Shown: positions 43,561-47,561 of the stretch, piece by piece
Numbering within the stretch: position 1 is the first letter of the stretch
Layout of the letters: every line of letters starts with the position of its first letter
IMG/VR virus record: IMGVR_UViG_3300036951_000304
DNA: 47,561 nucleotides
DNA from: a virus
Taxonomy: Duplodnaviria; Heunggongvirae; Uroviricota; Caudoviricetes
Reading direction: 5' to 3' (one strand)
Program-made: the position numbers and the translations under genes
The notes under the pieces: generated by a model
Told to the model about the DNA's origin: nothing
The model's database searches: none
What the model saw: only the letters and a program-made list of their open reading frames with translations

Positions 43561-44361
43561 TTATCTTTTCTTTGATTTTTTCCCGACTTTCATCTTTTTA
43601 GATTTTGCCTTTTTGCTTCTTTTTTTGTTTTTCTTTGAAGGCTTCACGACCTTCTTGGTTTTCTTCACGACCTTCTTGGTTTTCTTTTTTGGTTTTGCCT
43701 TGGTCTTTACTTTTTTGGCCTTTTTCTTTATGACCTTCTTGGTTTTCTCTTTCTTTTCCGGTTTTTGTTTCTTTTCCGGTTTTTGTTTCTTTTCCGGTTT
43801 TTGTTTCTTTTCCGGTTTTTGTTTCTTTTCCGGTTTTTGTTTCTTTTCCTTTAGGGGCTTTTCTTTTTTCTCCTTTTTCTGTTTTCGTGTAGACTTCTTC
43901 TCCGGCTTCTCTCCCTCTTTCTTTTCCTCATCCTTTACGAGTTGTGCGAGCTTCTTTTTATCTCCGTCAGCCAATCTGTTATATTTCACGATATCTTCCG
44001 CAAGAGCCGGAAAGGCAGTTTCCGGAAACTCACCAGTAGGAAGAAGATGTTTACCAATCATTTTCCTCAAAAGAGAAACAGTACCATTCTTCCAAAAGAC
44101 ATTGGTTTTGAAGGAATGGGGAATACCGAGATTTGTTCCCGTTGTTCCGTTCATCTTCCCATTTGTGGGATTTTTAAAAAACATCGTGGTGAACCAATTA
44201 TCTCTGGCCCTGACCGTAAGTTTATCATTGTTCAGGGGAGTATTGGTATACAGAAGATACTTTATTCCCCTCTCGTTCGCCGTAAGCCTGGAAAAAATGA
44301 ACCTATTGTGGTCATCCAATTCTACATACGGAGAACCCTTATCGGAAAATCTCAAAATCAT
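43561..44361 (-). CDS. Protein with a histone-H1-like Lys-rich C-terminal half
   Basis: Globular N-terminal ~135 aa, then KKQKPE x5 and KKTKKVVKK-type repeats. Confidence 0.8.
   Translation of the reverse strand: MILRFSDKGSPYVELDDHNRFIFSRLTANERGIKYLLYTNTPLNNDKLTVRARDNWFTTMFFKNPTNGKMNGTTGTNLGIPHSFKTNVFWKNGTVSLLRKMIGKHLLPTGEFPETAFPALAEDIVKYNRLADGDKKKLAQLVKDEEKKEGEKPEKKSTRKQKKEKKEKPLKEKKQKPEKKQKPEKKQKPEKKQKPEKKQKPEKKEKTKKVIKKKAKKVKTKAKPKKKTKKVVKKTKKVVKPSKKNKKRSKKAKSKKMKVGKKSKKR
43751..43849. repeat. Perfect tandem repeat, 18 bp x5.5 (ttcttttccggtttttgt)
   Basis: Five identical copies at 43751-43840 plus a partial copy; encodes KKQKPE. Confidence 0.95.
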
Positions 44362-44398
44362 AAAAGCCCCTTTCTATTTTCTATAGTATAACTGATAT

Positions 44399-44427
44399 AT
44401 TATACCATATTTCAAGTAACTTGTAAA
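44399..44427 (-). promoter_or_regulatory. Sigma70-type early promoter TTTACA-17-TATAAT
   Basis: TTTACA agttacttgaaatatgg TATAAT; 26/29 identical to the promoter at 46206-46234. Confidence 0.82.
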
Positions 44428-44449
44428 GTAGAAAAAACAACAAAAAATA

Positions 44450-44484
44450 TAAAGAAAACGGGGAGTTACCATAAATAACCCCCC
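44450..44484 (-). terminator. Rho-independent terminator after the tRNA-Gln pair
   Basis: GGGGGGUUA-7-UAACUCCCC followed by GUUUUCUUU. Confidence 0.75.
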
Positions 44485-44502
44485 TATTATTTAGGCAATA
44501 AA

Positions 44503-44616
44503 TACGGGATTGCCAGCTTTTCATCCCATCACAATGTCCGACATAGGCCTTTCACACGATTACTGCAGGCTCGGTGAGATGTGCATAACGGTGAGAGTGT
44601 GAGACAATATCCCGTA
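44503..44616 (-). ncRNA. Candidate structured RNA downstream of tRNA-Gln
   Basis: Non-coding 114 nt closed by an 8-bp helix TACGGGAT/ATCCCGTA, with further internal complementarity (TCACAC/GTGTGA); lies between a tRNA and the terminator. Confidence 0.4.
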
Positions 44617-44630
44617 CCTATTACCTATAC

Positions 44631-44705
44631 TGGAACACGGGGCAGGCCACGATCCTGCATTTTCTGGTTCAGAGCCAGATATCCTACCGATTAGATGACC
44701 CGTGT
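44631..44705 (-). tRNA. tRNA-Gln(CTG), atypical T-loop
   Basis: Acceptor ACACGGG/CCCGTGT, anticodon arm TCTGG-CTCTGAA-CCAGA, T-arm GCAGG-ATCGTGG-CCTGC, CCA. Confidence 0.8.
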
Positions 44706-44708
44706 ATA

Positions 44709-44782
44709 TGGTTCACGGAGATGGAATCGAACCACCATTTTCTGATCCAAAGTCAGACGGCCTACCGTTAGCCGACCCGTGA
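44709..44782 (-). tRNA. tRNA-Gln(TTG)
   Basis: Anticodon arm TCTGA-CTTTGGA-TCAGA, GGTTCGATTCC, CCA. Confidence 0.92.
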
Positions 44783-44783
44783 A

Positions 44784-45587
44784 TTATTTTTCTGTATAGT
44801 AATCCTCTATCATCCTTTCAAAGAGCTTATACCTATTCGAAAATAGATGTGAACCAGTTCTTGCTTTTGTCTGGTGTGTGGCAAGATAAGTCAAAATATT
44901 AAAATGACCCCATTTGTTATCCACACCGGATTTGGACATTACCAAGTCATATCCTTCAATAACTTCTTCCTTGATTTTCTCCGAGAGGTACTCCCTCTTA
45001 TTTACAAAGAGAATAAAATCATCTTTTGTTTGTCTTTCCCTGACCCACTTCTGCCACAGTTTAACATTCTCCCTGAAATAGTCAAACTTCATTTCGATGG
45101 AAAGCTGGAGTTTCTTCGGGTTATCCGTAAAGTGATAATAACTTTCCTTGAAGATTTTTCTTCTGGCCATCAGTAATCCGTTTTCACAGACACTTCTGCA
45201 CGCAAGAAGCTCATATCCGAAACCAGACCTCACATCGTAGCCATTGAATATCTCCACGACGATAGTTACAGGATCATCTCTATCCACCTCAAAAGTAACT
45301 TTCTCACCTTTGAGAATAATCCTTCTTTTCCATCTTCGTTGTAGATTATCAAGATGGTCTCCAACTTTATCAATTTCATAATCTCTCAAAGCCTCATCAA
45401 AAAGTTTAGCCACTTGTGAATTGAGAACAACTTCATAGTCTGCCGACATTATCCCCAAAAGGGAATTTGTCTTGGCATTTAAGAGAGCCCATCTGCCTGG
45501 GATTTTTACTCCACTTTCCGTTTTAATAGCTTCCTTTTTAATCCGAAAGAATGGATTTATAACTCCCCTTCTATAATTATAGTACAT
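44784..45587 (-). CDS. DUF932-family protein
   Basis: LLGIMSADYEVVLN...EIFNGYD...CRSVCENGL...NKWGHFNILT. Confidence 0.75.
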   Translation of the reverse strand: MYYNYRRGVINPFFRIKKEAIKTESGVKIPGRWALLNAKTNSLLGIMSADYEVVLNSQVAKLFDEALRDYEIDKVGDHLDNLQRRWKRRIILKGEKVTFEVDRDDPVTIVVEIFNGYDVRSGFGYELLACRSVCENGLLMARRKIFKESYYHFTDNPKKLQLSIEMKFDYFRENVKLWQKWVRERQTKDDFILFVNKREYLSEKIKEEVIEGYDLVMSKSGVDNKWGHFNILTYLATHQTKARTGSHLFSNRYKLFERMIEDYYTEK

Positions 45588-45783
45588 CTTCTTTTCCCTC
45601 TTTCAAATCCTTTTCAAGCCGGCCGAATATGTCCTTTATCGCGTATTCGACAAGATTGAGAACTTCCTGCGTTGAAAGTTTCAAGTCACAAATCTTTTTA
45701 CCGTTTTCGTCAGCAACAATATGGACAACAAGACAATCATCATCCATTTTGCCCGAAAAATTCACCTTCTTATTTTTCAACAT
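45577..45783 (-). CDS. Hypothetical protein
   Basis: Small ORF coupled to both neighbours; start approximate. Confidence 0.55.
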   Translation of the reverse strand: MLKNKKVNFSGKMDDDCLVVHIVADENGKKICDLKLSTQEVLNLVEYAIKDIFGRLEKDLKEGKEDVL

Positions 45784-46189
45784 TTTCTTTAGCATAATCA
45801 CCTTCCGGCCAAATTATAATAATCTGTTTATTTCTTTTTCTCGCATACCTGATGGTTGCCCAAGTTCCACTTCTTGTGACTTCATATCTTGTACACGGTG
45901 TCGCCACCAGTAGGTCGCAGGCATCCACAATATCGTGGTTTCTATCAAGATAATCTTTTGGTGGTAAAATAGTTTTGGCCTCACAGAAAGCCCTCAGTAT
46001 ATCCTTTATAGGTGGATGTATAATTACATTTTCTGTAAGGTTCGTCGCAATCGAATGTGCCTGTTCATCTGCCCCCACACAATCACCGTGATGAAATTCA
46101 TCAGGTGATGAAACGGCAAGGATGCCTATAAGGCAACATTTCTGATCACGGGTCATTCCCCGTTTCGTTCCAGTAAAACCTATTTTCAT
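45770..46189 (-). CDS. SLOG (Smf/DprA/YspA-like) family protein
   Basis: MKIGFTGTKRG, HHGDCVGADE, RNHDIVD, SGTWATIRYA; start reassigned downstream of the promoter and tRNA. Confidence 0.85.
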   Translation of the reverse strand: MKIGFTGTKRGMTRDQKCCLIGILAVSSPDEFHHGDCVGADEQAHSIATNLTENVIIHPPIKDILRAFCEAKTILPPKDYLDRNHDIVDACDLLVATPCTRYEVTRSGTWATIRYARKRNKQIIIIWPEGDYAKENVEK

Positions 46190-46205
46190 AATATCACCAT
46201 AACAT

Positions 46206-46234
46206 ATTGTATCATATTTCAAGTAACTCGTAAA
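46206..46234 (-). promoter_or_regulatory. Sigma70-type early promoter TTTACG-17-TACAAT
   Basis: Near-duplicate of the promoter at 44399-44427. Confidence 0.75.
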
Positions 46235-46266
46235 GTGTAAATATATCCAAGAAAACCAGAGAGATA

Positions 46267-46346
46267 TGGTGGCGGCGGTGAGATTCGAACTCACAAGCTG
46301 GAAGGTTTGAGCTTCCAAGGTATGCCAAAATTCCCTTCACACCGCC
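46267..46346 (-). tRNA. tRNA-Leu(CAA), atypical (short variable loop, large D-loop)
   Basis: Acceptor GGCGGTG/CGCCGCC, anticodon arm GGAAG-CTCAAAC-CTTCC, GTGAG-TTCGAAT-CTCAC, A-CCA. Confidence 0.78.
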
Positions 46347-46352
46347 ATATTA

Positions 46353-46428
46353 TGGTAGCCGAGGTGAGAGTTGAACTCACGACCTTTCGATTATCAGTCG
46401 AATGCTCCACCAGTTGAGCTACCCGGCT
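46353..46428 (-). tRNA. tRNA-Ile(GAT)
   Basis: TAGCTCAACTGG, TTCGA-CTGATAA-TCGAA, GTTCAACTC, CCA. Confidence 0.93.
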
Positions 46429-46437
46429 ATATTTTCT

Positions 46438-46514
46438 TGGAGCTACCGGGCAGAGTCGAACTGCCGACCTTATCCTTACCAAGGATGTGCTCCACCGAAC
46501 TGAGCTACGGTAGC
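46438..46514 (-). tRNA. tRNA-Thr(GGT)
   Basis: TAGCTCAGTTCGG, ATCC-TTGGTAA-GGAT, GTTCGACTC, CCA. Confidence 0.93.
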
Positions 46515-46515
46515 A

Positions 46516-47433
46516 TTATGTATAAAGATAATTATTATTTCCCACTATCCAGAATAGGATTGTGTCCTTTCTCTTCAAACCATATCTCTCTCTCAAGAGT
46601 GCTTTCCAGGCTTTCGATTCATATACAACATTCATTTCAAAACTCTTACTATAATCATCGGTATTGGTTATCTTGGCCGTTATATGTTTTGTGTATGGAT
46701 AAGTCTTGTCAATATAGAACTCATAGTCACATTTTATATCCAGTTTATCCAATATGTGATTGATATCTTTTTTTCTGTCATATCCCGATATCTGTATACC
46801 GATAATCCTGTCAATATCCTTTCGATATTTCTTTACGCCGGCAATAATCGAGGCGAATTGTATTCCACTTCCAACGGGTACGACAATCGCGGTTAATTTA
46901 TCAGGTATATTTTTAACCTGATCAGCCACAGAACCCACAAGAGCCTCGGTATTCTCATCCACATTAATTCCGAAATTAATAAGATATAAATTGTGTTTTG
47001 CGGAAAACTTCTGTGCCTTGTTTTTGATTACAGTATTGTACCCGATTTTGGCAAGGTTATGAATTTCTGCTCCTGCCCTGTGACATTCCCTGATTGGGCG
47101 ATGCTTCTTTATCACATCCTTGACGGGAGAGTTTACACCAATCACCAGATGTGTCTTATACCCAAATTCCTTAGCCGTCCTTGTCACGACCATTGCCTGA
47201 GGCGAAGAAACAGAAACATAACTGGATATTCCGTTATACCGTTTCAATTTGTCTGTCAAAGAACAAAAAAGGGAAATGGCTTGTCTTACTTTCCCCCCAC
47301 CCAATCTCGGAGTATCTTCGAAGGGAAGAAACAAGTCATCCCTTTTGAAAAGGACTTCATCAAAATCTCCCACATTACTGACACAATCTACAGGAGTTAG
47401 CTCATCGAGTTTTCGGAAAATCCTGTAGTCCAT
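46516..47433 (-). CDS. PLP-dependent enzyme, ACC-deaminase/D-cysteine-desulfhydrase-like (fold type II)
   Basis: FKRDDL...GGGKVRQ (PLP lysine), IVVPVGSG, VYESKAW, LFWIVG. Confidence 0.8.
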   Translation of the reverse strand: MDYRIFRKLDELTPVDCVSNVGDFDEVLFKRDDLFLPFEDTPRLGGGKVRQAISLFCSLTDKLKRYNGISSYVSVSSPQAMVVTRTAKEFGYKTHLVIGVNSPVKDVIKKHRPIRECHRAGAEIHNLAKIGYNTVIKNKAQKFSAKHNLYLINFGINVDENTEALVGSVADQVKNIPDKLTAIVVPVGSGIQFASIIAGVKKYRKDIDRIIGIQISGYDRKKDINHILDKLDIKCDYEFYIDKTYPYTKHITAKITNTDDYSKSFEMNVVYESKAWKALLRERYGLKRKDTILFWIVGNNNYLYT

Positions 47434-47561
47434 TATGCACCCTTTCTTTTCATCGTGAAGAAAGTTCCTATACCGTTACCCACAGCTTACCCTGTAAAAT
47501 TGACACGATGAAAATAAAGTTGATCAATGTAATCAATATGGCCGTGATTGTAGCAGACCAT

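Noticed and set aside
43613-44386. Plus-strand Phe/Cys/Ser-rich 257-aa ORF
   Set aside because: Antisense shadow of the Lys-rich repeat gene.
44631-44705. Possible amber suppressor tRNA
   Set aside because: The anticodon loop is CT-CTG-AA (Gln CUG), not CTA.
46190-46763. ORFs 45770-46318 (extension), 46291-46482 and 46371-46763 across the tRNA cluster
   Set aside because: They overlap the promoter and three tRNA genes and have no coding signal.
47468-47561. Possible C-terminus of a membrane protein entering from the right edge (WSATITAILITLINFIFIVSILQGKLWVTV*)
   Set aside because: Too short and truncated to support as a feature.

Overview
This window is a segment of a large T4-like (jumbo) dsDNA bacteriophage genome. 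It is AT-rich, gene-dense and in the standard genetic code. Left to right it holds: (1) 1-10.5 kb, minus strand, a late virion block with a giant Gly/Ser/Thr-repeat tail fibre ending in a tail-collar domain (runs off the left edge), a second fibre-like protein, gp2-like and gp4-like head genes, and small proteins; (2) a divergent late operon with a PAS-PAS protein, a membrane coiled-coil protein and a RimK-protease fusion; (3) a replication block with ClpP, a family-B DNA polymerase split into two ORFs by a GIY-YIG homing endonuclease, an amino-methyltransferase, UDG, a gp41-like helicase, UvsY, a second GIY-YIG and UvsW; (4) a ~13 kb minus-strand run with a sugar-nucleotide/glycosyltransferase-like/methyltransferase cluster and many genes sharing an N-terminal M[RK]LKxYLxE leader that resembles the T4 capsid-targeting sequence (CCA-adding enzyme, C39 peptidase, ART-like proteins, a 5-member paralog array); (5) an early region with a ThiF(E1)-JAB pair, HNH, amidoligase, a second RimK, 8 tRNAs, two PxxKW proteins (a Desulfobacterota host hint), a histone-H1-like protein, DUF932, SLOG and a PLP enzyme. 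Sigma70-type early promoters (TTTACA-17-TATAAT) and T4-type late promoters (TATAAATA/CATAAATA) are readable directly. All family assignments come from motif recognition by eye; no database searches were run.
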